DNA of 32,000 bases from Candidatus Saccharimonadota bacterium (lineage in GTDB: Bacteria > Bacteroidota > Bacteroidia > Flavobacteriales > Blattabacteriaceae): assembly GCF_964030875.1 (NCBI RefSeq), contig NZ_OZ034981.1, forward strand, positions 90,001 through 122,000. Direction: 5' to 3'. A model generated the notes under the pieces. That model did no database searches and had not been told where the DNA came from. It saw only the letters and a list, made by a program, of their open reading frames with translations. Of this stretch, positions 15,063-25,785 are shown one piece after another; position 1 is the first letter of the stretch, and every line of letters begins with the position of its first letter. The position numbers were made by a program, and so were the translations under genes.

Positions 15063-17250
15063 ATGGGAAACACTACACGGAGAGAATTTCTAAAATGGAT
15101 GGTATTTGGAATAGCTTCTGCTACATTAGCTAGTTGCACTGTTATCCTATCTATTCCATATTACACCAGGAATACCAGTATACTATGCTTCAACTATGTT
15201 TGATGGCTTCGATGGCAAAATACTGAATCTCTTCATAACGTATCGTCTCGTGTACAGGCTTCTTTACTTCTATTAGATGATAACGAACGGTTAAAAGGAC
15301 CTTCAATTAAAAGACAGTCTGGATCATGGAATATGTTATTTCACAACTAAAAAAAATTACTTTCTTTTACCAGTCCATCTACGAAAAAGTATATCCAACA
15401 GCACGTTGGATTACTTCTGATGCATATTCTTCAGAAATACTAGGTATCCCACACTCCGATAATTAATTGTTTCCTTTGATGCAGATTTTTTAGGTAGTCC
15501 AGAGAGCTTAGCAAAAAAAAACCCGGTGCTAATAATACAACTGGAAAGCCTAACAGGTGCTCAAGTACATCATCTGTTATATATAAGACTATGCAAGGTG
15601 ATTCTAACCATTATCTAGCACAAAAAATTAAAGGTTCGAAAGCAGTAGTTTTTGCTGACGGCAGTAAAGAGGCTTAGCTCTTTTAATCAATAAAAAAATT
15701 AGTAGCCATGCTCTAAACCTTTTCTTACTTGCGAAAGAAAGTAATGATTTATTATAGATCTTGAAAAAGGAGACATTTTAATAAATAATGCTAATCCTTT
15801 ATATACAAAAAAATTAAAAACTTACCGGATAATTTTCTCCCAAAGAGGATGAAACTTACGATATGATGAAGGTATGGGCACCTACGAACCATTGGTTGTA
15901 AAGCTGGGTGAACCTATTACAGGGATCTCATGCAGCCTGTTATACAACCATTACAAGATTCTTTACTAATATGGAGATGGAGTTGGAGTAATCTAAGATA
16001 TAAGCAAGAAAAATACATATCATAGCAGTAATCTGACCTATTCTGAAAAAATATTTGACCAGTGTTTCATCATTTAATGAAGCCTTTTTTCGTGGCTGCG
16101 TCTAAAACTAAAAAAAAGAAGGTTTTGAACTATATACTACAACGGCCTTAGGAGATGGAACTCAGTCCAATAATCCTTGGAGCTTCCTGATCCCATTACC
16201 CGTACTACTTGGTACACACTTTGGAAAAAACTGGTGATTCGTAATTGGCTCAGAGGAAATGGAGCAATGGATGGAGATTGTGTTTATCTAACAATGGGAA
16301 ATATTACATTTAAAAATGTTCCTGTTTATATACAACCTGTACAAGCGTTGGGTTCCATAGGATACTAAAGGAAAAGTATCCTGTCAATCAGTAGGAATAA
16401 ATGCTTACTATCTGGATGAGAATTTTAAGATTCTACAAAAAGGAATTAAATCTTCAATCAATTTTCTTGTGCGCAGTTACAACACACTATGGTCGGAAGA
16501 AATTCCATTGCTAGAGAAACCAAAAAAAAAAGAAAGAAGAGAAAATAAAAATTTATAAGGGAGATATTCCATTATATAAAATCACACTTTGGAAAGATAG
16601 ATCTCAAGGTCATCATTTCCATCTTTCTATAGATTTATGCATAGGATGTGGATCATTGCATGTCATGCAGAAAACAATGTACCAGTGGTAGGTAAAGTCT
16701 CGTGATATGCATTGGTTACGTATAGATCGTTATTATTCTACTGAAGAAAGTTTCGTCAGTCTGGCCAAAAAGGGACTTTCACAAAAAAATATGTTTTCGT
16801 AGCCAGAAATGTCCAATATAATCCTAAGGTTATTTTTCAACCTGTTATGTGTCAGCATTGTAACAATGCACCTTGCGAAACAGTTTGTACGGGAGCAGCG
16901 ACTTAACATGGACAAAACATGATGGCCTACAACCGGGGCGTTGGCACGCGTTATTGCGCTAACAATTGTCCTTACAAAGTTCGTAGGTTCAACTATGCTG
17001 AAAATTATATAGGGAGATATGCTGAAAATTATATAGGGAGATATGCTGAAAATTATATAGGGAGATATGCTGAAAATTATATAGGGAGAATGGCGCTTAA
17101 TCCAGATGTAGTAGTACGAAGTAGAGGAGTAATGTTCTCTTTGTATTCATCTTACACAGGCTCCCAGAGCCAAAAATATAAAGGATGGTGAATTCCATAC
17201 ATTGTGCACTAAAGCCTGTCCTAAGGAGCTTTAAGTTTTGGTGGTTGGGC
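15063..17250 (+). pseudogene. actB: alternative complex III-like molybdopterin-family / 4Fe-4S subunit (ActB-like) pseudogene
   Basis: Tat-like N-terminus MGNTTRREFLKWMVFGIASATLASC. Ferredoxin boxes IDLCIGCGS..., [77 protein letters not shown]. There are many stops and frameshifts, and the locus is shorter than an intact homologue. Confidence 0.85.
16995..17090. repeat. perfect tandem array, 24 bp x 4 (atgctgaaaattatatagggagat), in frame inside the actB pseudogene
   Basis: Read directly. It encodes YAENYIGR x4 in ORF 16919..17191. Confidence 0.97.
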
Positions 17251-17505
17251 ATTGATAGGTTGCAATGTTTTGATACCACAAGTACTCTGGTTCAGAGCTG
17301 GACGAAGAAGTTTTTTCTGGTCGGATGTAATATAGGAATGTGGTTTGATATGAACCTCAGCCACGATTATCTTCCTTCTACCTGGACAGGATTTCTCCCT
17401 TCTTTTGTAGATATTGGAATTTTTATCGGAACTAATGGTTTTATATTTATTATCCGCACGAATATTTCCTGGAATTTCACTAGTAGCGATATTTCTAAAT
17501 AATCA
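17251..17505 (+). pseudogene. actC: C-terminal remnant of the NrfD-like membrane subunit (ActC-like), fused by deletion to the actB 3' end
   Basis: VLIPQVLWFRAGRR..., VGCNIGMWFD, MNLSHDYLPSTWTGFLPSFVDIGIFIGTNGFIFII resemble only the last roughly 100 aa of NrfD/ActC proteins. The N-terminal bulk is absent. Confidence 0.6.
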
Positions 17506-17720
17506 AGGTTATCTTCCTTTTTTTAATAATTTACACGGACACGATTTAGCTAAATATATTTTTGCTACTAGTCTTCTATGGACTTATTTGTTTACTCTAT
17601 TGGTATGGTAATATACCTGAAGAAGTAACATATTTTCTGCATCGTTCAAATCAATATCATTTTATTCACTTTATCATGCTAATTACCAATTTTTGGACTT
17701 ATCAGTAGTAGATATAAAAA
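17506..17720 (+). pseudogene. further ACIII membrane-subunit remnant (ActF-like?)
   Basis: LICLLYWYGNIPEEVTYFLHRSNQYHFIHFIMLITNF contains the (L)IWY(G/A)N(I/L)PEE-type motif that I associate with the distal ACIII membrane subunit. The assignment is tentative. Confidence 0.4.
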
Positions 17721-17862
17721 AATAATCGTGGATGTATTCTCCTGATAGGACATTGATTATGCCAGGTAGCGGAGACTGCTTTGGTATGTATTAAATCGGT
17801 AGTCTACTTTTTGTAGGTTGTATACCCACAGGGTAATTTACTATTCTAGTAGTAAAGTGTAT

Positions 17863-18288
17863 TTAATAAAGGGTAATATATTTCCTGACAGGTAAACATT
17901 TAAAAGCCATCGCATATTGTTTTATCTGTTTAAACATAGCTTCCATACCGTTAGCTCGTATTGGAGATAGGAAAGAACTAAGTCCAATTTTTAAAATAAA
18001 TTCTGGTTCAGAATAAATAATCTGGTCTAAGAAACGTCCAGAATAGATACGTAGCATTAATGCTATAATACCCCGTGGAATAATAGCATCACTGGAGGCT
18101 TGAAAAAAAATTTGATTTTGTTTTACATAGGCATGTAACCATACTCTAGAATGACATCCTAGAATCAATTTATCTTCACTACGTAAATAAGATGGAATTG
18201 TTTTAAGTTTTTTACCTAATTCTATTAGATAGATATATTTATCTTCCCAATTGTCAAAAATTGAAAATTCCTCTATGACCTCTTGCAT
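17863..18288 (-). CDS. sufE: cysteine desulfuration protein SufE
   Basis: FSIFDNWEDKYIYLIELGKKL...LILGCHSRVWLHAY...FFQASSDAIIPRGIIALM. The SufE active-site GC-x-S-x-VWL box is present. Confidence 0.9.
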   Translation of the reverse strand: MQEVIEEFSIFDNWEDKYIYLIELGKKLKTIPSYLRSEDKLILGCHSRVWLHAYVKQNQIFFQASSDAIIPRGIIALMLRIYSGRFLDQIIYSEPEFILKIGLSSFLSPIRANGMEAMFKQIKQYAMAFKCLPVRKYITLY

Positions 18289-18310
18289 ACTTTTTTTAAA
18301 ATAGGCTGTC

Positions 18311-18385
18311 GGGGATGTAGCTCAAGTTGGCTAGAGCGCTACAATGGCATTGTAGAGGTTGTGGGTTCAATTCCCATCGTCTCCA
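18311..18385 (+). tRNA. tRNA-Ala (anticodon GGC)
   Basis: Acceptor ggggatg/cgtctcc including the G3:U70 Ala identity pair, anticodon stem ctaca/tgtag with loop atGGCat, T-arm gtgggttcaattcccat. Confidence 0.88.
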
Positions 18386-18512
18386 CGAGACAAATTATTA
18401 CATTTGCAATAGGCAAGTGCTAAGTGCTGTGCAACTAGCTATCTTTAAATAAACGAAGCAAAGGGAAGTAGCAGTGTGATACAGATTACTTGTATCTATC
18501 GTAGCTGTATAA

Positions 18513-18564
18513 CTTCGTTAAAGGTACCAACGAGCCGTTCTTCGTTAAAGGTACCAACGAGCCG
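18513..18564. repeat. 25-bp segment (cttcgttaaaggtaccaacgagccg) duplicated with a 27-bp period
   Basis: Read directly. Copies are at 18513-18537 and 18540-18564. Confidence 0.9.
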
Positions 18565-18843
18565 GAGATTATCGTAGATTCTACGTAATACAGCAGTGTA
18601 GGTGCCCCCACTAAAATATTTAAGTGACGTGATAGTCACGGTAATCTACTAATGCTGGGTTCTATTACTTTAAGCAGGATGTTACACTTCGTGATGAAAT
18701 TGTACAGCATCGTAAGCCAACCGACCTAAATATGTGCGTTGCATACCGTAACAAATGTTATGATGGTACTACGGATAAAATTAAACCTTTCGGGAACAAT
18801 ATCAGGATATACTCCTAATGCGTATAGCACGCTGACAAAATAT

Positions 18844-18877
18844 AAAACCCGTCCCGTTGGATAACGATTCGGGTTTT
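18844..18877 (-). terminator. candidate factor-independent terminator downstream of groEL
   Basis: Inverted repeat aaaacccg (18844-18851) / cgggtttt (18870-18877), A/T-flanked on both sides, 21 nt past the groEL stop. The 18-nt loop is long, so confidence is modest. Confidence 0.4.
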
Positions 18878-18897
18878 TAATTGTATTGATGTTTTAA

Positions 18898-20532
<1,635 letters not shown>

Positions 20533-20550
20533 TTAGATTTTTTTATCCGA

Positions 20551-20835
20551 TTAAATAATTGCTAATATGTCAGATTCCCGCATAATTAGGTAATCTTCTC
20601 CTTCATGTTTTATTTCTGTGCCTGAATATTTACCATACAATATTTTATCTCCAATTTTAACTGTCATGGGTTCATTTTTTTTCCCAAATCCCACAGCCAC
20701 AACGGTCCCTTGCTGAGGTTTTTCTTTAGCTGTGTCAGGGATAATAATACCTGAAGCAGTCTTAGTTTCTGCTTCATCAGATTTAACCAACACTCTATCT
20801 CCTAAAGGTTTTAGATTTATATTTTTATTTTTCAT
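20551..20835 (-). CDS. groES: co-chaperonin GroES
   Basis: [49 protein letters not shown]. The upstream extension to 20895 in the ORF track overlaps secG and is not credible. Confidence 0.95.
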   Translation of the reverse strand: MKNKNINLKPLGDRVLVKSDEAETKTASGIIIPDTAKEKPQQGTVVAVGFGKKNEPMTVKIGDKILYGKYSGTEIKHEGEDYLIMRESDILAII

Positions 20836-20882
20836 CGTTAGGTTATTTGATAGAAAAAACATAAAATTATGCCCATTTTTTA

Positions 20883-21098
20883 TCAAAGACAACAAGAGTT
20901 AAATGTCAGTATTAAAATAAATAATACGATTGATAGAATCCAAGTAGTTTTTTCTAAAAAATCATTCGGACGGCGTATACCGAACATTTGTGTGCTCTTG
21001 GGGGTTAAAATTTTAGAACTTTTAGGATTTTGAATCAGAATTATGATCAACAGTAAAAAAGATATAATACTAATAAGTATAGTTAAAAATATATACAC
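20883..21098 (-). CDS. secG: preprotein translocase subunit SecG (short form), GTG start lying inside a tandem array
   Basis: Two hydrophobic helices flank LIQNPKSS...[14 protein letters not shown], as in SecG. It occupies the secG position upstream of groES. No ATG is available, and the GTG at 21098-21096 is the only plausible start. Confidence 0.75.
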   Translation of the reverse strand: MYIFLTILISIISFLLLIIILIQNPKSSKILTPKSTQMFGIRRPNDFLEKTTWILSIVLFILILTFNSCCL

Positions 21099-21144
21099 GT
21101 CGTTACACGTCGTTACACGTCGTTACACGTCGTTACACGTCGTT
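21095..21144. repeat. perfect tandem array, 10 bp x 5 (acacgtcgtt), filling the spacer between the sigma-54 activator stop and the secG start
   Basis: Read directly. Confidence 0.97.
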
Positions 21145-21151
21145 AGTTTCA

Positions 21152-22321
21152 CTAAATTTCTATGCTGAATTGTTTTATTTTTCTATAGAGTGTTCGTTCA
21201 GATATACCCAATTCCTTGGCCGCCGTTTTTCTTTTACCCCTATTTCTCTTTAAAGCTTTGCGAATCAACTCTATTTCTTTTTCCTGCAAGGATAGAGATT
21301 TAGAAGCAGTACGAGGTTCTTTGGATTCATCAATTTCTTCATAATTAGTTTTCCCTGCTGCAGATATTATTTCCTCTTGTGGATAATCCTGTTTAACACG
21401 ATGAGCATATCCTGTTGGGCTTCGCAGAAGTTTCCATGTGAGAGACTTTAAATCGTTTAAATCCTTACGCATATCATAAAGTACTTTGTAAAGTAAGTCT
21501 CTCTCATTACTCATTTGTCCCGACTCCGGAGAAAGCGTCTGTTCAGGAAGATATTCTTTTATGCGTTCAATAGAAACCTCTCTATCAGACTCTAGAATAG
21601 ATAGTTGTTCTACAACATTACGCAATTGACGAACATTTCCTGGCCAAGGATAATTTTTTACATAACCCATAGCATCACTACTTAACTTTATGGTAGGCAT
21701 TCGGTATTTTTCGGCAAAATACTGTGAAAATTTTTTAAATAATAAACTAATATCTCCTCTTCGCGCTCGTAAAGAAGGCACATTAATTTGAACAGTATTG
21801 AGTCTATAATAGAGATCTTCTCGGAATCTTCCTTTAGATATCGCCTCAGAAATATTAACATTAGTTGCTGCAATGATCCGGACATTAGTTCTCTGTATTA
21901 TAGAAGATCCTACCTTTAAAAATTCTCCGGATTCTAAAACTCGTAATAGCCGTACTTGCGTGGTCAGAGGTAATTCACCTACTTCATCGAGAAATATAGT
22001 ACCCTTATCGACTACTTCAAAATATCCTTTACGTACACCAGTAGCACCTGTAAATGCCCCCTTTTCATGACCGAAAAGTTCGCTCTCTATAGTTCCTTCA
22101 GGAAGAGCACCGCAATTTACAGCTATATAAGAATTATGCTTTCGCAAGGAAAGTTGATGAATGATCTTCGGAAGAAATTCCTTTCCTACACCACTTTCAC
22201 CCATTACTAGTACGGAAATATCCGTGGGAGACACTTGTATAGCTTTCGCTAAGGAGCGATTTAGCACCGGATCATTTCCGATTATTTTGAACCGTTGTTT
22301 TATGCTCTGTATGTTTTCCAT
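21152..22321 (-). CDS. sigma-54-dependent transcriptional activator (AAA+ plus Fis-type HTH, with no N-terminal sensor or receiver domain)
   Basis: Walker A VMGESGVGKE, sigma-54 contact loop GAFTGA, Walker B FLDEVGEL, RIIAATN, FREDLYYRL, C-terminal HTH AAKELGISERTLYRKIK. Confidence 0.92.
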   Translation of the reverse strand: MENIQSIKQRFKIIGNDPVLNRSLAKAIQVSPTDISVLVMGESGVGKEFLPKIIHQLSLRKHNSYIAVNCGALPEGTIESELFGHEKGAFTGATGVRKGYFEVVDKGTIFLDEVGELPLTTQVRLLRVLESGEFLKVGSSIIQRTNVRIIAATNVNISEAISKGRFREDLYYRLNTVQINVPSLRARRGDISLLFKKFSQYFAEKYRMPTIKLSSDAMGYVKNYPWPGNVRQLRNVVEQLSILESDREVSIERIKEYLPEQTLSPESGQMSNERDLLYKVLYDMRKDLNDLKSLTWKLLRSPTGYAHRVKQDYPQEEIISAAGKTNYEEIDESKEPRTASKSLSLQEKEIELIRKALKRNRGKRKTAAKELGISERTLYRKIKQFSIEI

Positions 22322-23727
22322 AGTGTTTTTAAACTATTGAAAGTCTTCCCTATCAAGGTAGAAGAAGTACAATCTACAATATTTACAGTCACAAACTCTC
22401 CTATTTTATAGTACTCTTTTGGAAAGACTACTACAGCGTTCTGTGAATTTCTACCATACCAATGCAAAGTGCTTTTTTTTGATTCTCCTTCTATCAAGAC
22501 TTCCTGAATTTTTCCTAAATGCTTTTTTTTACCTTCATAAGAATGTTTATGTTGTAAATCTATAATCTCTTGTAAACGTTTTTTCTTTGTAGAGTCAGGA
22601 ACATCATCAACCAATCTTTTTTCAGCCGGTGTACCTGTACGTACAGAATAAGCAAACATATATCCGAAATCATAGCGCACGTATTCCATAAGGCTCAGAG
22701 TTTTATGATGATCACTTTCTGTTTCTCCGCAAAAACCTGCAATAATATCATGCGATATAGCACAATCTGGTATCAGACATCGTATTTTATCAATAAGTTC
22801 TATATATTGCTCACGTGTATATCGGCGATTCATACGTTTTAATACACGCGTACTACCAGACTGTACGGGAAGATGAATGTGTCTACATATGTTTGAATAA
22901 CGTACTATAACTTTTAAAACTTTTTCTGACATATCATAGGGATTAGAAGTAGAAAAACGAATACGCATTTTAGGCAATGCACAAGCTACTAACTCAAGCA
23001 AATCCGCAAAGTCTAATGAGGTTTTACGTTGAATTTCTGAAGCTTTATAAAAATCCTTTTTCATACCACCTCCATACCAAAAATAGGAATCAACGTTCTG
23101 TCCAAGAAGAATAACTTCTTTATATCCTTTCTTCCAAAGATTATTACATTCATTCACAATAGTATGTGGATCTCGACTACGTTCTCTACCACGAGTGAAA
23201 GGAACTACACAAAACGTACACATATTATCACAACCTCGAGTAATAGTGACAAAGGCTGTTACCCCGTTTCCAATAAAACGAACCGGATTTATATCAGCGT
23301 AAGTATAAGATTTCGAGAAAGCTACATTAAGAGCCTTTCTTCCATCTTTAACCTTACGAATCATAGAAGGAATATCACGATATCCATCAGGACCTACCAC
23401 TAAATCAACTATTTGTTCTTCCTCAAGTAATCGAAACTTCAGTCGTTCTGCCATACAGCCCAAAACACCTATCACTATATGGGGTCTGATTTTTTTTATA
23501 GATTGAAACTGTGCCAAACGCATCCTAATAGTGTTCTCTGCTTTCTCTCGTATTGAACAAGTATTAATCAATATAACATCAGCTTGTACTGGATCCGAAG
23601 TATTACTGAAACCTTCATCGAATAATATAGAAGTAACTATCTCACTATCAGATAAATTCATTTGACAACCATAACTCTCTAAATAGAATTTTTCCCCTCT
23701 GTGTCTAAAACTAGATTCTCCCTTCAT
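22300..23727 (-). CDS. miaB: tRNA-2-methylthio-N6-dimethylallyladenosine synthase
   Basis: FYLESYGCQMN (UPF0004), radical-SAM box GCDNMCTFCVVP, and a TRAM-like C-terminus. It overlaps the downstream activator start by 22 nt. Confidence 0.95.
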   Translation of the reverse strand: MKGESSFRHRGEKFYLESYGCQMNLSDSEIVTSILFDEGFSNTSDPVQADVILINTCSIREKAENTIRMRLAQFQSIKKIRPHIVIGVLGCMAERLKFRLLEEEQIVDLVVGPDGYRDIPSMIRKVKDGRKALNVAFSKSYTYADINPVRFIGNGVTAFVTITRGCDNMCTFCVVPFTRGRERSRDPHTIVNECNNLWKKGYKEVILLGQNVDSYFWYGGGMKKDFYKASEIQRKTSLDFADLLELVACALPKMRIRFSTSNPYDMSEKVLKVIVRYSNICRHIHLPVQSGSTRVLKRMNRRYTREQYIELIDKIRCLIPDCAISHDIIAGFCGETESDHHKTLSLMEYVRYDFGYMFAYSVRTGTPAEKRLVDDVPDSTKKKRLQEIIDLQHKHSYEGKKKHLGKIQEVLIEGESKKSTLHWYGRNSQNAVVVFPKEYYKIGEFVTVNIVDCTSSTLIGKTFNSLKTLWKTYRA

Positions 23728-23824
23728 CTCTTTCTTGTGTTTTTTGTTAGGAGGAGAACTTTTCGAATACGCAAAGCTATAACGCAGCCTTAAACGGTTG
23801 TAATAACTATAATTCTAGCGCATT

Positions 23825-24520
23825 CTAAATTTTTCTCTCCATAAAAATGTCTTTAACATACACTAGAAATCCCACAGATTCTCTGACGTCTATGAAAGTG
23901 CTACGTACATTATGGGACGAATCTTCACCTATGGCTACAGGACGATAAACTATATTGTGCATGCCTAAAATAACGCTTTGAGGAGTATTAATAATGGGAG
24001 TCGAAAGCATAGAACCAAATACTCCTCCATTAGTAATGGTAAAAGTCCCACCACTCATTTCATCTACGGAAATTTTTCCGTATCGTACAAGTGATGCTAA
24101 ACGTTTTATCTCTTGTTCTATTCCTCTGAAGGAAAGTATCTCTGCATTTCTTAAACCTTTAGGTCCAGATAAAAATCATAATGTATTTTCTCTTCTCCAT
24201 CAATCATATAAATTTAGAGCTAATCCTACACCATGTCGTTCTTTATATCAAACTTAATATCTCGCTCATGTCTATTTCGTTAAAAGTAGTAAGCATAGCA
24301 GTTTCGTTTTTTACGTTTACTTTACGTTCAGAAATTTTCTTTATAAGTGCAGAAAGACGTTCTCTTTGAAATGAACGAGGAGCACCAGTAGTTGCTACCC
24401 CTATCGACTGAATAGCTTTAAGAGCATCTTTTTTGGTAATCCGACCTTCTTTACCATAACCTAAAATTTGTGAATAAGAAATCTTTTTCTATGCTAAAAT
24501 ATTCCTTGCTGGAGAAGGTA
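23825..24520 (-). pseudogene. sucB: 2-oxoglutarate dehydrogenase E2 (dihydrolipoyl succinyltransferase) pseudogene; no lipoyl domain found
   Basis: Minus-strand fragments: IPSPARNILA*KKISYSQILGYGKEGRITKKDALKAI (E3/E1-binding domain containing a stop), ERLSALIKKISERKVNVKNETAMLTTFNEIDMSEIL, MSGGTFTITNGGVFGSMLSTPIINTPQSVILGMHNIVYRPV. The DHRxxDG catalytic box is replaced by STFIDVRES. Confidence 0.87.
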
Positions 24521-24801
24521 TTTTTTTAAGTTCACTTGCGATTTGGACTAAAATCTTGTTCAAGAACTTGTATGGATCTGATGTTTTCTTTTTGTAAAGA
24601 TCTCTAGCGTTAATATGATTCGCAATAGCCTTATAAAGTGAAGGTTGTGTAAACCTGGGGTCATCTCCTATACACCACAATAAAAACATCTCTTTGATAG
24701 AAAATCTACAGCAAAATGTATAGCGTGAATCACGTATTCTACATCATCAGCATTGACGTGTAATACTGGGGAACGATATCAGTGCAATAGATACTAGAAC
24801 G

Positions 24802-24907
24802 ACCATCTATATAATCGGTGGTAAATACCATCTATATAATCGGTGGTAAATACCATCTATATAATCGGTGGTAAATACCATCTATATAATCGGTGGTAAA
24901 TACCATT
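24802..24907. repeat. perfect tandem array, 25 bp x 4 plus a 6-nt partial copy (accatctatataatcggtggtaaat), inside sucA
   Basis: Read directly. The unit is the coding sequence for ..FTTDYIDG.. Confidence 0.97.
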
Positions 24908-24983
24908 TGATTATTGACTACTATATGTATCGTTCCTCCTGTTTTATAACCTTCTAGTTGAGACATTTCATAAATAAGACCTT

Positions 24984-25079
24984 GTCCAGAAATAGCAGCA
25001 TCTCCATGTCCAGAAATAGCAGCATCTCCATGTCCAGAAATAGCAGCATCTCCATGTCCAGAAATAGCAGCATCTCCAT
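24984..25079. repeat. perfect tandem array, 24 bp x 4 (gtccagaaatagcagcatctccat), inside sucA
   Basis: Read directly. On the coding strand it repeats HGDAAISG, the GDAA(F)xGQG region of E1o. Confidence 0.97.
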
Positions 25080-25540
25080 GTCTAAGAATGGGTAACAGAT
25101 GGTTAGAATTTTTCTTATAGTAATGATCTATCTTAAACCTTCTACCACAGTATCTACAGTTTCAAGATGCGAAGGTGCAAGACTTATCCCATGACGGTTA
25201 TTTCGTTTTATCGTAGCTACGAAATGATATTTGACGTCTACAGAAAAAACTTATATTCTTTTCCATAGAATTCGCAATATACAGTCTTAAGATGACCCGC
25301 CGTTATATTAGCAAGTGTACAAGGTTCCTTTCCGACAAGTTTTCCAGCTTCAAAAACCGTTTCAAGATCTTCTATACCAAGTACAAATTGTTCAATATCT
25401 AAATTAGGAGAATATTCACGCCTACTCCTAATTGGATTAGTTTTCGTAAAAATATGCCCACGACTACGATAGGCTTGTATAAAATTTCATCCCTGGAATT
25501 CCTTCATCATTTTTTTAGAATCCTTGTTATCATTTCTATT

Positions 25541-25656
25541 GTAGGTAGGCAAAAACCTTGAAAAAAAGTGTAGGTAGGCAAAAACCTTGAAAAAAAGTGT
25601 AGGTAGGCAAAAACCTTGAAAAAAAGTGTAGGTAGGCAAAAACCTTGAAAAAAAGC
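25541..25656. repeat. tandem array, 29 bp x 4 (gtaggtaggcaaaaaccttgaaaaaaagt), inside the sucA N-terminal region
   Basis: Read directly. All three frames of the unit are open on the coding strand, and FFQGFCLPT recurs after 87 bp in ORF 25507..25758. Confidence 0.97.
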
Positions 25657-25785
25657 ACGCCAACTTGGCTCAATCTGGTCTGGAGTATGAAGATATCTAT
25701 GATAGAGCTCTTCAATGAGTTTTGGATGAACGGTATTCAGAAAAGAATAACGATCCATGATAAATAAGTATAAAATGTAACATTT

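Larger units (their letters stand above)
24521..25758 (-). pseudogene. sucA: 2-oxoglutarate dehydrogenase E1 pseudogene; the 3' half is deleted and three internal tandem arrays are present
   Basis: MDRYSFLNTVHPKLIEELYHRYLHTPDQIEPSWRAFFQGF (N-terminus), [127 protein letters not shown]. The sequence then runs directly into the sucB E3-binding domain. Confidence 0.9.

Noticed and set aside
20836-20895. 20-codon N-terminal extension of groES in the ORF track, overlapping the secG 3' end.
   Set aside because: The conserved GroES start [17 protein letters not shown] begins at the ATG at 20835. The extension has no homology and would overlap secG.
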